A stretch of 62,833 bases of DNA, counting the filler, from Octopus bimaculoides (Eukaryota): assembly GCF_001194135.2 (NCBI RefSeq). It is 5 parts of 5 records of this genome, joined end to end, with 100 filler letters (N's around TTAATTAATTAA, not from the genome) between each part and the next. Parts side by side here need not be neighbours in the genome. Positions count along the whole stretch, not along the records: positions 1 to 14,752 come from NC_068995.1; 4 more parts are not named here. One strand, 5' to 3'. The translations under genes and the position numbers were made by a program. The notes under the pieces were generated by a model, which was not told where the DNA came from, did not search any database, and saw only the letters and a program-made list of their open reading frames with translations. Below, one piece after another: positions 1 through 13,042 of the stretch (its first letter is position 1; each line of letters begins with the position of its first letter).

Positions 1-189
1 TGGAATAATAAACCATTGAGACAGTCCTCTGCAAAGCATGATTGTGATTCCAGTGTAAATAAACCTTCGATTACAACAAAATTTAGGGACAAGTTTGAGC
101 CATCTGACGTCTTCAAGGAGTACTTCACTAAAAATATTACGAGTCGTATTTGTAGAGAAATCGTTAAATATGTCGCACAAAAGTGAAAC

Positions 190-1423
190 TTGCAGTTTAC
201 TTCGTTTGTTGAGGATCTTTACAAGTATTTTGGAATTCTTCTATTGTTGGGCTACGATAAACTACTCCGCAGAAGAATGTACTGGGAGACTAGATCCGAT
301 TCAAACAACCATTTAGTTAGTCATGCAATGTCTAGAAATACGTTTGAGAAAATACATCAATATCTGCATTTCAACAACAGTAAATTCGACACTTGTGATG
401 AAGTCTATAAGTCTAGGCCTCTTTTAGATCACCTAAATGATAAATTTTGTCAATTTGTAGAACCAATTGTTAAGCATTTCTCTCTTGAAGAAGCAATGGA
501 GCCTTATTATGGGCATCATGGCATGAAACGGTTTATAAGAGGCAAAGCCATACGCTATGGTTTCAGGCTTTGGTGCCTTGCAAGACCAGATGTATTCTTA
601 GTGAAATTCTATCCTTACACAGGTTCAGGAGACAAAATTGCCGGTAAAACACTTGATTCCTCAATTATATTTAAAATTTGTACCAATAGGATTATGCATT
701 CATATAGACAAATATTTCACTTCTCTACCTTCGAACAATGGTCTCTTTTGCGTTGGGACTATTCGAAACGATAGAACAGAAAAGGCACCGCTACAGAATA
801 TAAGCAAAGCTGCGCGTGGCACTTGCTGTGCAGTTGAGGATAAGGAGAATGGAATTACTCTGCTAAGATGGCATGATAATGACCAAGTAAATCTTGTAAC
901 CAATTTGAAAGACGAGAAGATTTTTGATGCTGGCAGCTGCGAACGATGGAAAAAAATATGAGAGAAATAGAGTACCTGTACCTCGACCAAATATTGTGAA
1001 GCTATATAACAAACAAATGGGAGGTGTCGATCTATTTGACAAATTGAGAGTTCATTATCGAATTAGAATACGATCAAGAAAATGGTATAGGCCGCCCTTG
1101 TTTAGATTTTGCCCCAATGGAAGCATTGCAAATTTAGGGATTCTTTTCCGTTGCATTAAGAGGAATATTTCTCTACTGGAATTTACAAGGCAAAATAGTA
1201 ACTGCATTGCTTGCTGCACCAGATTTAGAAAATAAAAGAGCGGTACGTCCTAAAACAAAGAAGCAAGTTCCGCAAGTGGTACGATTCGATAACAGACACC
1301 ATCTTGTCAGCAAAACTGAAACTCAAGGGTGATGTGCAGCTTGTGGAAAATGCACCAAATTTGTTTGCGTCAAATGCAATGTCGGCCTACATCCTGATAC
1401 ATGCTTTCTTCATTTTCATCAAT
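190..1423 (+). mobile_element. Decayed piggyBac-family (PGBD-like) transposase, frameshifted
   Basis: ORFs 190-774, 638-961 and 924-1235 give DDE_Tnp_1_7-type motifs (MSRNTFEKIHQYLHF, FSLEEAMEPYYGHH, KAIRYGFRLWCL, DKYFTS, YNKQMGGVDLFD). About 1283-1423 reads RFDNRHHLV...CAACGKCTKFVCVKCNVGLHPDTCFLHFH, the Cys-rich C-terminal domain, with an internal stop. Confidence 0.92.
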
Positions 1424-1589
1424 AAATGGTACTCCTCTTAGAAATATTAAATTTACTTGTCATTAGAATTATATATATATATGTACATATACATGCCACC
1501 TCTGACCCATACCCACTCACATGATTTTCTCCCACCCTCAACCCACAGTTCAACAATCTACAACTTTTATCATCCGGCATCTCTCTCTT

Positions 1590-1633
<44 letters not shown>

Positions 1634-1774
1634 CCCCTCTCTCTATCTCTCTGTCTTTCTCACAGTGTTCCTTTTCTTTTCTCTCGCTTTGAGTCAAATC
1701 TCCGCTTCTGTGCTTCTAACTCCTACACCCCCGGGGCTACGAAACGTCAACATTCCTCTTAAGAGACTGACGAA

Positions 1775-2052
1775 ACATCATCATCATTGTCATCATCGTC
1801 ATGGTCATCATCATCACCCTCCTCCTCATCGTTATCACGGTTGTCATCGTCATCATTATCCTCCTCATCATCATCATCATCATCATCATCATCTTCGTCA
1901 TCGTCGTCGTCGTCGTCATCGTCATCAACAGCTACAACAATCACAACAAGGATACCGAGAAGCAGACAACAAGAGACCAACAACTCACCTATGAAAACAA
2001 TGTAAACAACAAAGAACAACAAAGAACAACAAAGAACAACAACAACAACAGC

Positions 2053-2089
<37 letters not shown>

Positions 2090-2290
2090 GCAACTACAAA
2101 ATAAAACGACGGTAATAACCGCGCAGTGACGGTAGCGATAACATGAAGAACAGCAACAAGAAATAAATAACTGAAATGATTGCAAAACTTCGCAAACGAC
2201 AGCGAATGCACGAATAGCAATAACAACATCAAACAGTGACAAAGACGACAACAATAAGAAGAAGAACAAGAACAACAACGACGGCGATTG

Positions 2291-2334
<44 letters not shown>
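1775..2334. repeat. Compound trinucleotide microsatellite (CAT/CGT, CAA, CTA)
   Basis: Directly visible; explains the poly-H/S/D/N ORFs. Confidence 0.95.
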
Positions 2335-2453
2335 NNNNNNNNNNCAACAAGGATACCGAGAAGCAGACAACAAGAGACCAACAACTCACCTATGAAAACA
2401 ATGTAAACAACAAAGAACAACAAAGAACAACAAAGAACAACAACAACAACAGC

Positions 2454-2490
<37 letters not shown>

Positions 2491-3422
2491 GCAACTACAA
2501 AATAAAACGACGGTAATAACCGCGCAGTGACGGTAGCGATAACATGAAGAACAGCAACAAGAAATAAATANNNNNNNNNNNNNNNNNNNNNNNNNNNNNN
2601 NNNNNNNNNNNNNNNNNNNNNNNNNNNNNNNNNNNNNNNNNNNNNNNNNNNNNNNNNNNNNNNNNNNNNNNNNNNNNNNNNNNNNNNNNNNNNNNNNNNN
2701 NNNNNNNNNNNNNNNNNNNNNNNNNNNNNNNNNNNNNNNNNNNNNNNNNNNNNNNNNNNNNNNNNNNNNNNNNNNNNNNNNNNNNNNNNNNNNNNNNNNN
2801 NNNNNNNNNNNNNNNNNNNNNNNNNNNNNNNNNNNNNNNNNNNNNNNNNNNNNNNNNNNNNNNNNNNNNNNNNNNNNNNNNNNNNNNNNNNNNNNNNNNN
2901 NNNNNNNNNNNNNNNNNNNNNNNNNNNNNNNNNNNNNNNNNNNNNNNNNNNNNNNNNNNNNNNNNNNNNNNNNNNNNNNNNNNNNNNNNNNNNNNNNNNN
3001 NNNNNNNNNNNNNNNNNNNNNNNNNNNNNNNNNNNNNNNNNNNNNNNNNNNNNNNNNNNNNNNNNNNNNNNNNNNNNNNNNNNNNNNNNNNNNNNNNNNN
3101 NNNNNNNNNNNNNNNNNNNNNNNNNNNNNNNNNNNNNNNNNNNNNNNNNNNNNNNNNNNNNNNNNNNNNNNNNNNNNNNNNNNNNNNNNNNNNNNNNNNN
3201 NNNNNNNNNNNNNNNNNNNNNNNNNNNNNNNNNNNNNNNNNNNNNNNNNNNNNNNNNNNNNNNNNNNNNNNNNNNNNNNNNNNNNNNNNNNNNNNNNNNN
3301 NNNNNNNNNNNNNNNNNNNNNNNNNNNNNNNNNNNNNNNNNNNNNNNNNNNNNNNNNNNNNNNNNNNNNNNNNNNNNNNNNNNNNNNNNNATATATATAT
3401 ATATATACACACACACACATAC

Positions 3423-3565
3423 GTCTTTTTCTCTCTTTTCTTTTTACTTGTTTCAGTGATTAGACTGTGACCATGCTGGGGCACTGCTTTCAAGATATTT
3501 TAGTCGAACGAATTGATCCCAGTACTTGTTTATTCTTTAAAGCCTGGTACTTATTAATATCGGCG
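3423..3565 (-). mobile_element. 3' half of composite SINE-like repeat (type A tail)
   Basis: Reverse complement of the tail seen at 8680-8800, 23756-23850 and 40700-40800 (gtcctggggtcgatt..cgactaaa..ggtgctccagcatggccgcagtc..gactgaaacaagtaaaag). Confidence 0.8.
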
Positions 3566-3574
3566 TTATTGGTC

Positions 3575-3695
3575 GTGGTGGCCATGGTGGCTGTAATGGT
3601 GGGAAAATAGTAGTGGTAGTTACGGTGGTAGTAATAGCAGTGGTTGCGTTGGTGTTGCTATTCGTAGCAACTACTACTACAACAACAACAACAAT

Positions 3696-3746
<51 letters not shown>

Positions 3747-3841
3747 CACTACAACAACAACTACAACAAAAACTACTACTACTATTACTACTATTGCTGC
3801 TGCTACTACTACTACTACTACTATTACTACTATTGCTGCTG

Positions 3842-3896
<55 letters not shown>

Positions 3897-4920
3897 AAGT
3901 AATAGTAGTAGTAATGAAGATAATAATCCGGTACCGTTAGTGGTTATGGTGGTGGTAGAGGTGACCGTATTGGTTGTAGTAATGATGTTATTGTGTTTAT
4001 AATGAAAGGATGATGATGGGGGTGGTGGTGGCCGTGGTGGTGGTGGTGATGGTGATGGGTCGTGGCGGTGGTGGTGATGGTGACTGTGATGGTTGTGGTG
4101 ATGGTGATGATGATGGTGGAAGGTGATGGTGATAATGGTGGTGATGATGGTGATGATGATAGTCGTGGTGGTGATAGTGGAGGTGATGGTGGTGGTGGTG
4201 GTGATGGTGGTGATGATGGTGATGATGATAGTCGTGGTGGTGGTGATAGTAGAGGTGATGGTGGTGGTGGTGGTGGTGATGGTGGTGATGATGATAGTCG
4301 TGGTGGTGGTGGTGGTGGTNNNNNNNNNNNNNNNNNNNNNNNNNNNNNNNNNNNNNNNNNNNNNNNNNNNNNNNNNNNNNNNNNNNNNNNNNNNNNNNNN
4401 NNNNNNNNNNNNNNNNNNNNNNNNNNNNNNNNNNNNNNNNNNNNNNNNNNNNNNNNNNNNNNNNNNNNNNNNNNNNNNNNNNNNNNNNNNNNNNNNNNNN
4501 NNNNNNNNNNNNNNNNNNNNNNNNNNNNNNNNNNNNNNNNNNNNNNNNNNNNNNNNNNNNNNNNNNNNNNNNNNNNNNNNNNNNNNNNNNNNNNNNNNNN
4601 NNNNNNNNNNNNNNNNNNNNNNGGAGATGGTGGTGGCGGCGGCGGTGGCGGTGGTGATAGTGGTGATGATGATTGTGGTGGTGGTGCCAGTTGTGGTGGC
4701 GGCGGTGATGATATTAGTGCTTGAGATGGTGATGGTTATGATGGTGATGGTTGTGGTGGTGATGGTGATGACAGTTGTGGTGGCCGTGATAATAGTAGGG
4801 CTTGTGATTGTTGTAGTGGTGGTGATAGTTGTGGTGGCTGTGAAGGTGGTAGTGGTGGTGGTAGTAGTGGTGGTGATGGTTGCAGTGGTGGTGATGATGG
4901 TGAGGTGATGGTGGCAGCTT
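3575..4920. repeat. Low-complexity (CTA)n / (GGT,GAT)n tract with assembly gap
   Basis: Directly visible. Confidence 0.95.
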
Positions 4921-5412
4921 GATTATGTAGAAACGGAAAGAAAATTGCATGTAACAATAGGAACAAGTATTACAATACTCAGAGTTGTATGAAACAACAC
5001 GGTTCCGGTCCCACCACGACCCAGCGCCTGATTCCCTCCCCCTACAAGCGTGAAGGTGATGGGGGTGGTGATGATCGTGGTGGTGGTGGTTGCGGGTGGA
5101 CATTAATGGTGGGCATGGCTGGATGGGTGAAAGGTGGGTGTTTGTAAATAAACGATTGAATAGGTGATTGCATGAAACAAGAGGAAATGAAGAAATTAGG
5201 GAATGCGGTGAGAGGATCGGGTGGGGGCGGTTGCAGGCGGGAAGAATATCTGATATTATTGAAAGGTTGGTTGGGTGTGTGGGTGGAGGGTAAGGTATGG
5301 AGGGGAGATGGTGGTTGTGGTTGTGGGGAGGTGTTAGTTTGTTGGATTTGGGGAGCTGAATATAATAAAAATAGATTGGTAAATATGTATAAAGAGATAT
5401 AGTAATTATTTG

Positions 5413-5488
<76 letters not shown>

Positions 5489-5598
5489 GTGAAAATTTAC
5501 AAAAAAAATAGAAAACAAAAAAAGAAAAACAAAAGACGAAGACGGGTGTGTAAACAACAAACAGATGTATTAGTTTAACGCTCGGGAAGTGAGAAAGT

Positions 5599-5634
5599 CT
5601 TTTACGTTTCGAGACTACGCTCTTCGACAGAAAG
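5599..5634 (-). ncRNA. Candidate minimal type-I hammerhead motif, A6U variant (family H1)
   Basis: Minus strand CTTT-CTGTCGA-A-GAG(cgtagt)CTC-GAAA-CGT-A-AAAG: stem I CTTT/AAAG, stem II GAG/CTC, palindromic stem III ACGT, GUA site. Core position 6 is U instead of A. Confidence 0.45.
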
Positions 5635-5645
5635 GAACATAGAAA

Positions 5646-5723
<78 letters not shown>

Positions 5724-5810
5724 CCTTCTTACCTACCTGTGTGTGTGTCTCTCTGTCTGTTGGTGTGTCTCTGTCTAGTTTCTAATAATATTCAATTATA
5801 AACTTTACTT

Positions 5811-5968
5811 TCTGAGTTCAAATTCTGCCGAGGTCGATTTTTGCCATTCATCCTTCCGGAGGGGTCGATAAAATAAGTACCAGTTGAGAACTGAGGTCGA
5901 TGTAATCGACACTTACCCCCCACCCACCCTCGAAATTGCTGGCCTTGTGTCAAAACTTAAGACCAATA
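5811..5968 (+). mobile_element. tRNA-derived SINE (type B), 5'-truncated
   Basis: B-box-like gagttcaaattc followed by the body (gtcgataaaataagtaccagttgag..gtcgatgtaatcgac..aaattgctggccttgtg) shared with 7003-7190, 9922-10140 and 56059-56270. Confidence 0.8.
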
Positions 5969-6339
5969 TTTCGTTATAAAAATATAACAGGATTGTTTAA
6001 ACATCGAATGGCTATGAGGGTCCACTCTTGCAAAATTGGAATCAGAGCGGTCCCTAGTAAAACCACAGCGTTAGGTGCCACATCATATTATATAAAGCCA
6101 TACTGCACTACACAATACTCTACATCAAACAGCGACACCATGGCATACCACACTGCTCCGTACCAATATAGGACCGAACGCCATGTTGCTAGAACACACC
6201 CACCCAGTATATTAGCGCCACCACTCTGGACCTCCTCTTTGCTTTAAAAATTCTCATTAGATTTTATTAGATTTGTCACCAGCAATTTTGTCGATTCAAC
6301 CAATCAGATACACGTTTCCACTGTGACTATCACTGCTAC

Positions 6340-6350
6340 TTATACACCAC

Positions 6351-6397
<47 letters not shown>

Positions 6398-6960
6398 CCA
6401 GCAGCCGCTCCCCCTCCCCCCGCATCATCACCACCGTCAACATCACCGCCACGACCACCATCAACAGCAGCAGCAACATAAGTAGCAGCAGCAGCTGTAG
6501 CAAGTTCCATCACCACCGCAACCACCAGCACCACCATTACCAGCATCACCGCTACCATCCCAACCAGCATCACCAGAAGCAGCAGCAACAGCAACAACGA
6601 TATGACATTATCGTCACCACATCATCATCACTATCTCCACATCCACCTCCACCAACACCACCACTAACATGCACCCCCATTACTTCCACTACCACCGCAG
6701 TTACCACCAGCAACCCCACCAGCACCAGAAACACAATCAAAACTACCCACCACCTTACAAGACCTGCTACTACCTCCACAAGCACTACAACCTCGACCGT
6801 CACAAAACAGCCACCACCACCACCACCACCACCACCACCACTGACAACACCATCAACAACAACACTGTTACCACAACCTTCACCACTACGACCATTAGAA
6901 GCACACCCGCACCGCTGTGTAGTGGCAGTTGCGGTGGTGACTATGATGATGAAGGTGATA
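6340..6960. repeat. (CAT)/(CAC)/(CAG) low-complexity tract
   Basis: Directly visible. Confidence 0.9.
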
Positions 6961-7002
6961 AATAGGATGACGAGGATGAAGATAATCCTTTCTACTGGAG
7001 GC

Positions 7003-7190
7003 ACAAGGCCTCAGATTTGGTGGGGAGGGGACTAGACAATTACATCGACCCCAGTGTGTAACTGGTACTTAATTTATCGACCCTCGAAAGGATGAAAGGC
7101 AAAGTTGACCTCGGCGGAATTCGAACTCGGAACGCAGCGACGGGCGAGAAAATACCGATAAGCGTGCTACCGACTCTGCCAGGTCGCCGC
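7003..7190 (-). mobile_element. tRNA-derived SINE (type B), near full length
   Basis: Minus strand ggcggcgacctggcagagtcggtagcacg (A box) ... gagttcgaattcc (B box), then the type B body. Confidence 0.85.
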
Positions 7191-7320
7191 CATGATGGAG
7201 AAGATAATGATGACAATGACGACGATGACGGAGGTGTTGATGACGACGACGACGACGACGACGACGACAATGATGATGGCGATGATGATGATGATGATGA
7301 GCAGGATGTTGATGACACGA

Positions 7321-7359
<39 letters not shown>

Positions 7360-8221
7360 TGACGATGATGATGATGAAAAGGAAAAGAAGACATAGTGAT
7401 GGCGGTGACAATGATGATAATGAAGTTGGGGGATACGCTTATATTAGTAGGAGATTGATTCGTTGCTGTAATAATGACGAGAGAGAGAGAGAGAGGGAGA
7501 GACTAGTGAGGCAGAGATATGTGCGTATGTCACGTGCCGTGACGTCACATAGCCGTGTCCCTTACGCCCTGCCCAAATATAAAGGGAGTTATTTTATTAA
7601 TAAAGCCACATAGCAAATATTTGCTGATATGAGCGAGTAAACAGTAATATCTTTATATGGTGGGACCTAGGGATGGGTAGGGGAGAGGAAGGGTAAGCAC
7701 TGTAGTAGTAGTAGCAGTGGTGGTGGTGGTAGCGGCAGTGGTGGCGGCAGTGGTTGCGGCGCAGTACAGTGTAATGGTCGACCATGGCGGATGATAATGA
7801 TGTGCGCATGAGTATGTGTGCGCGTGTGTGTGTGTGCGTGTGTACGTGCGCTTGCACTTGAGTTTATGTGATCTGTGTTGTTCTTGTTTAGGCCCCGCCA
7901 CCACCATCCGAAGGCCAGCCCTGATCGAATAAACCTATAGCGAAAAGCGTTCCAACCGTGTCCAACGCGTCGTTTTTCAAGCTGCTTTATCCAATATAGC
8001 CTTCCATTTCTAAAGAAAGTGTGTTATTTCAGGAAAATTTAGCTGCTTCGCTTGTTTAGCATTTTCAGCAACCCAGTAGAGGTTGCCTCCTTAACAAAGT
8101 TGTGTGAGGGTGGTTTGATCAGGGGTGGTGGTAATAGTATGTTTATCGTATCGAGTGTGGTGGGGGGAATGTTGTATTGTGATGTAGTATAGTTAAATAT
8201 ATATATATATATTTATATATA

Positions 8222-8450
8222 TAGGGCTGGCCAAAAGTCACCCGACAGTAAATCAAAAATTCCATAAATACTTAATATTCAATTTTATTCATTCCAATTA
8301 TAAATCATTAATAATTTTGAATCATTAATAATTGAATGATCTAAGTTAAAGTCACCGTTTTTTCTCCAACATTTGTCTATTTATTAGCGAAGTTTCATAT
8401 AAAATAATTTTTTGTTTTAATCTTGGAATTAAATTGGATTTTGATTTACT
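8222..8450. mobile_element. Tc1/mariner-like MITE remnant
   Basis: Left end agggctggccaaaagtcacccgacagtaaatcaaaa after a TA run; its inner 13 bp (cagtaaatcaaaa) is inverted at about 8438-8450 (ttttgatttactg), where the sequence switches to a SINE. Confidence 0.5.
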
Positions 8451-8800
8451 GTGTGGTAAAAAGTTTGCTTCCGAATCACACGGTTTCCGGTTCAGTTCCG
8501 CTACGTGGCACCTTGGGCAACTGTTTTCTACTATAGCCGACCAAATCCTTGTGAGTGGATTTGGTAGACGGAAATTGAAAGAAGCTCATACGTGTGTGTT
8601 TGTCTTTGTGTCCACCACTGCTTAACAAATGGTGTTGGTGCGTTAAGTCCTCGTAACCTAGCGGTTCAGCATGAGAGGCCGATAAAATAAGTACTAGGCC
8701 TAAATAAAAATAAGTCCTGGGGTCGATTCATTCGACTAAAAGTTCTTCAAGGCGGTGCCCAAGCATGGCAGTAGTCTAACGACTGAAAGAAATAAAAGAG
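8449..8800 (+). mobile_element. Composite tRNA-derived SINE (type D head + TG tract + type A tail)
   Basis: gtgtggtaa..ggttcagttcc (A/B-box-like), CORE-like gtggcaccttgggcaa, short TG run, then the type A tail. Same architecture on the minus strand at 45665-46030. Confidence 0.8.
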
Positions 8801-8974
8801 GTACATATAGACATACAGATATATAGATACGCACACAGATGTATACATACACACACAGATGTATACATATACACACAGATGTATATATACGCACACAGAT
8901 ATATACGTACGTATTGGTTATCTGACGTATTTAGACTAATGCAAGTGGAATATGTTATACATTGAGTACTAGTA

Positions 8975-9394
8975 CTACGATAGACTGGTGACGAAGAATT
9001 TTGTTGTGATGGTCACGGTATAGTAATGACCGTGATCCTTCTGTGCCTCCAATATTGTAGTACAAGCCGAGGAATATTTGCGTGACGCACCAATTCCAAC
9101 TGTTTTCTCGCTTTCAGTCTTAAAGACTAAGCAGACGTTTCCATAGGTGGAAGCAACAGCCCTCGTCATTCCACATATCAATAAAAATTTCTTTCTCCTA
9201 GCAACTGCTTCCATCTTTGAAAAAGAAAATAGCTAAAAATAAAAATAAAATCTCACAAAATCAGAGAGTTAGGTTACTCTCCTCTTTGCCTGTTTTACCT
9301 CGATAAACGTATTTGGCAAAGAAGTACTGTCATTTGTAACATATCTCTCCCACGATCCTTTCTTTTCCGGAAGCAGGCTTATATCGACCTCCAT
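8975..9394 (-). CDS. Possible two-exon coding stretch (9394-9299 + 9214-8975), unknown product
   Basis: aaaATGG start, 32 open codons (MEVDISLLPEKKGSWERYVTNDSTSLPNTFIE), GAG|GTAAAA donor at 9298, 84-nt intron ending ttttctttttcaaag, phase-0 join to ORF 9214-8975. No recognisable homology. Confidence 0.25.
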
Positions 9395-9921
9395 TTTCTA
9401 ATTAGCTATGCTAGCAAAACTGCTGCTTTTGCTTTCACTACTAACTTTATTAGATATATTGTTATTCTTACATTTGTTAAGGTGTAAATATTTGTTATAT
9501 CCGCTTATTCAATTTTATTCGTTTAAGTTTTGAGTGTGTGTCTTTTTAAAACTAGTCTTTTATTTTATTTTCGTTTCATTAAAAGCGCGATTTGTGCTCC
9601 CCAATTGATACTAGAACTTTTTTCTTCCTAGAATACAATACGAGATTATTAGAAAAAAAAAAACATCATCATCATCAAAACAAAAACAAAAACAAAGATA
9701 ATTTAAATGTCTAAATGACAGATCTTTTCTCTACTTCAGACGATCAAACATTCCGGGTTCCTTTGTTCATAAAAAACAACAAACAAAAACAAAACAAAAC
9801 AAAACAAAATTTTAAAAATACCAAAAAACACTTGGCAATATCCAACTTCTAGAGGAGTACTAATAGTAGACGTAGTAGTAGCAGTAGTAGTAATACTAGT
9901 AGCAGAAATATCAATAATAAT

Positions 9922-10140
9922 AATGGTTTCAAATTTGACACAAGGCCAGCAATTTCAGAGTGGATGGGAGGGTAATTCAATTACCCGATCCCACTGTTTC
10001 ACTGGTACTTAATTTATCAACACTGAAAAGATGAAAAGTAAAGTCGACCCCGGCAGAATTTGAACTCAGAACGTAAATTGCCGGAAGAAATGTCGCTAAG
10101 CATTACGTCCAGTGTGCTATCGATTCTGCTAGCTTGGCGT
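9922..10140 (-). mobile_element. tRNA-derived SINE (type B)
   Basis: Reverse complement matches the type B head and body. Confidence 0.8.
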
Positions 10141-10164
10141 CTACCATAATAGACGTACAATTCT

Positions 10165-10355
10165 TTCTAAATTTGACACAAAGCAAATAATTCTCTGAAG
10201 GATTAGGGGTTAGTAAGATATATATTAGCCCTAGCACTTAATTAGTACATTATGTTATCGACCCCGAAACGATTGAAAGGCAAAGTTGATCTCGGTGGGA
10301 TTTGAAGCCAGAACAAATGCACCAGCGAATTTTGTTCGACGCTCCAACGATTCTG
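10165..10355 (-). mobile_element. Degenerate type B SINE, in tandem with the previous copy
   Basis: gaaaggcaaagttgatctcggtgggatttgaa and ttgacacaaagc match type B. Confidence 0.65.
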
Positions 10356-10624
10356 CCAGTAATAATGCAACAACTAAGATTTACAGAAAATAAAATATAA
10401 ACATGAACAATAAACTTCAATATCGCAACAAACGCGGCAAATATACAAAGAAGTAAAAGATGTACAACAACAACAACAACAACAACAGTATGCAGCAGCA
10501 GCAGCAGCAGCAGCAGCAATAGAATTAACAGCCACAAAGAAAATAAAGCTAAACTGCTGAGCTGTGCAAAGCATGCTGGGACTTCAAGATTGTGTCTCAT
10601 TAAGCGTGTGCTAAGATTTACAAG

Positions 10625-10782
10625 GAATATTTGCGAATATATATATGTATATATATATATATACACTTTATATGTATTATTTAATGTGTGTATATGTATG
10701 CATATATATATGTATATATATAAATATGTGTGTGCAGATTATCTGTCTCTATACATACATGCATATATGTATGTATATACAT

Positions 10783-10845
<63 letters not shown>

Positions 10846-10932
10846 CACACACACATATATGTATATATATATGCGTGTATGTAAATATATATATATGTAA
10901 ATGTATATATATTTGCATGTGTGTATATATGA

Positions 10933-10963
<31 letters not shown>

Positions 10964-11146
10964 CACACACATGTATATATATATAATATATAATATATAA
11001 ACATGTTTTATGTATTTTGTTTTTGTTAATGGATGGACAGGAAATTGTGTGTAATTTTATTTGAGGACTTTTGACGTTTATCAACAATTTTTTTATCATC
11101 TTTTATCTTCCTACATTGACTACCTTCGTGCTATCCATTCTTTCAC

Positions 11147-11203
<57 letters not shown>

Positions 11204-11540
11204 NNNNNNNNNNATATATATATATATATATACATACCCCCACACATATATATACATACATACATATATGCATATATGCATGATTACACATATATGTATA
11301 TGTATGTATATATACATACATATATACATATATATTTATGCATACACAAAATGCAAACATATGCATACTTATAATACATAGATATATGTATATATGTATT
11401 TATGTACATATGTATGTATGTATGCATGTATCTATCTATATAAAAGGACGTATATATCTATATCCATATATATATATATATATATATATATATGGATATA
11501 CATGCGCATGCGCATGTCTGTGTGCGTATGTATTCATATG
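10625..11540. repeat. (TA)n/(TG)n/(ATCT)n microsatellite field
   Basis: Directly visible; source of the YI-repeat ORFs. Confidence 0.95.
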
Positions 11541-12144
11541 AATCTTCTATCTTCTAGTTGCTGCTATATCTTCTCTCCGTTTTCTGTATCTCTTTCTGTC
11601 TATCAAACAATCTTCCTCTCTTAACCTCCTTATCTCTCTCTCTTTTTCTTCCCCCCCCGCCTGTGTCTCCTTACTCATCTCCATGATACACTTGCTCCTC
11701 TCAAAGTAAGCACCAACCCAAGTGTTCCCTACACCGACCAGCCACAGCATAAAATCAATTACACGACACAACTGCGATCAGATTTATCAACGAGCCAAGA
11801 ATATTTAGACGTAAACCAGGCGTGAAGACGGCTTTTTAGTCAACAATTTGCCCAGACGTTCCGTTCTTCGCCTTCCCACAATTCTCTCTCGGAAGCCATC
11901 TTAGTTATACATCTGAGAAGTGTGGCGGATGTATACCGCTGGAAAAAAAAAAGGAAATACATACAGTGTGTATACGATGTAGATAGTGTATACATGTGGG
12001 CTTCTGTGCAGTTGTATCTACGTCTCTGTACAGAGGCGTTCATATGCACACTTTATCTTGCTCTATCAATATTTCGTTATATATGTGTACAAACACTCAT
12101 ACTATCCCTCCCACCCTCTCTCTCTCGCACACACATGTTTTTAC

Positions 12145-12207
<63 letters not shown>

Positions 12208-13042
12208 NNNNNNNNNNNNNNNNNNNNNNNNNNNNNNNNNNNNNNNNNNNNNNNNNNNNNNNNNNNNNNNNNNNNNNNNNNNNNNNNNNNNNNNNNNNNN
12301 NNNNNNNNNNNNNNNNNNNNNNNNNNNNNNNNNNNNNNNNNNNNNNNNNNNNNNNNNNNNNNNNNNNNNNNNNNNNNNNNNNNNNNNNNNNNNNNNNNNN
12401 NNNNNNNNNNNNNNNNNNNNNNNNNNNNNNNNNNNNNNNNNNNNNNNNNNNNNNNNNNNNNNNNNNNNNNNNNNNNNNNNNNNNNNNNNNNNNNNNNNNN
12501 NNNNNNNNNNNNNNNNNNNNNNNNNNNNNNNNNNNNNNNNNNNNNNNNNNNNNNNNNNNNNNNNNNNNNNNNNNNNNNNNNNNNNNNNNNNNNNNNNNNN
12601 NNNNNNNNNNNNNNNNNNNNNNNNNNNNNNNNNNNNNNNNNNNNNNNNNNNNNNNNNNNNNNNNNNNNNNNNNNNNNNNNNNNNNNNNNNNNNNNNNNNN
12701 NNNNNNTCTTATATATATTTATATATATATGTATGTATATGCATGTGTGCGTGACAATGCTTGTATAAATATATAGACAGATACATACATATATGCATAC
12801 ATACATATACATATATGTTAATTCTATCTAAGTGGTTTGTTAGTTTTCTTAGTTTATAGACATACATACACACGCACGCGCGCGCGCACGCGCGTACACA
12901 CATGCAGACATACACACACACACATGTACATATGGAGTAACTTTACATTCAAGAGTGGACCGTACAATTTCCTGTAAGTTAGCCCGACTCATGGTCTCAG
13001 CAGATAAAATGGTTGCTACTCTAACTCACGTTGGATCTGCTA

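Noticed and set aside
1730-1775. gctacGAAACGTCaaca and a following CTGACGA, resembling pieces of tandem hammerheads
   Set aside because: No upstream core or stem I partner for the first; the second is cut off by (CAT)n. The fold cannot be completed.
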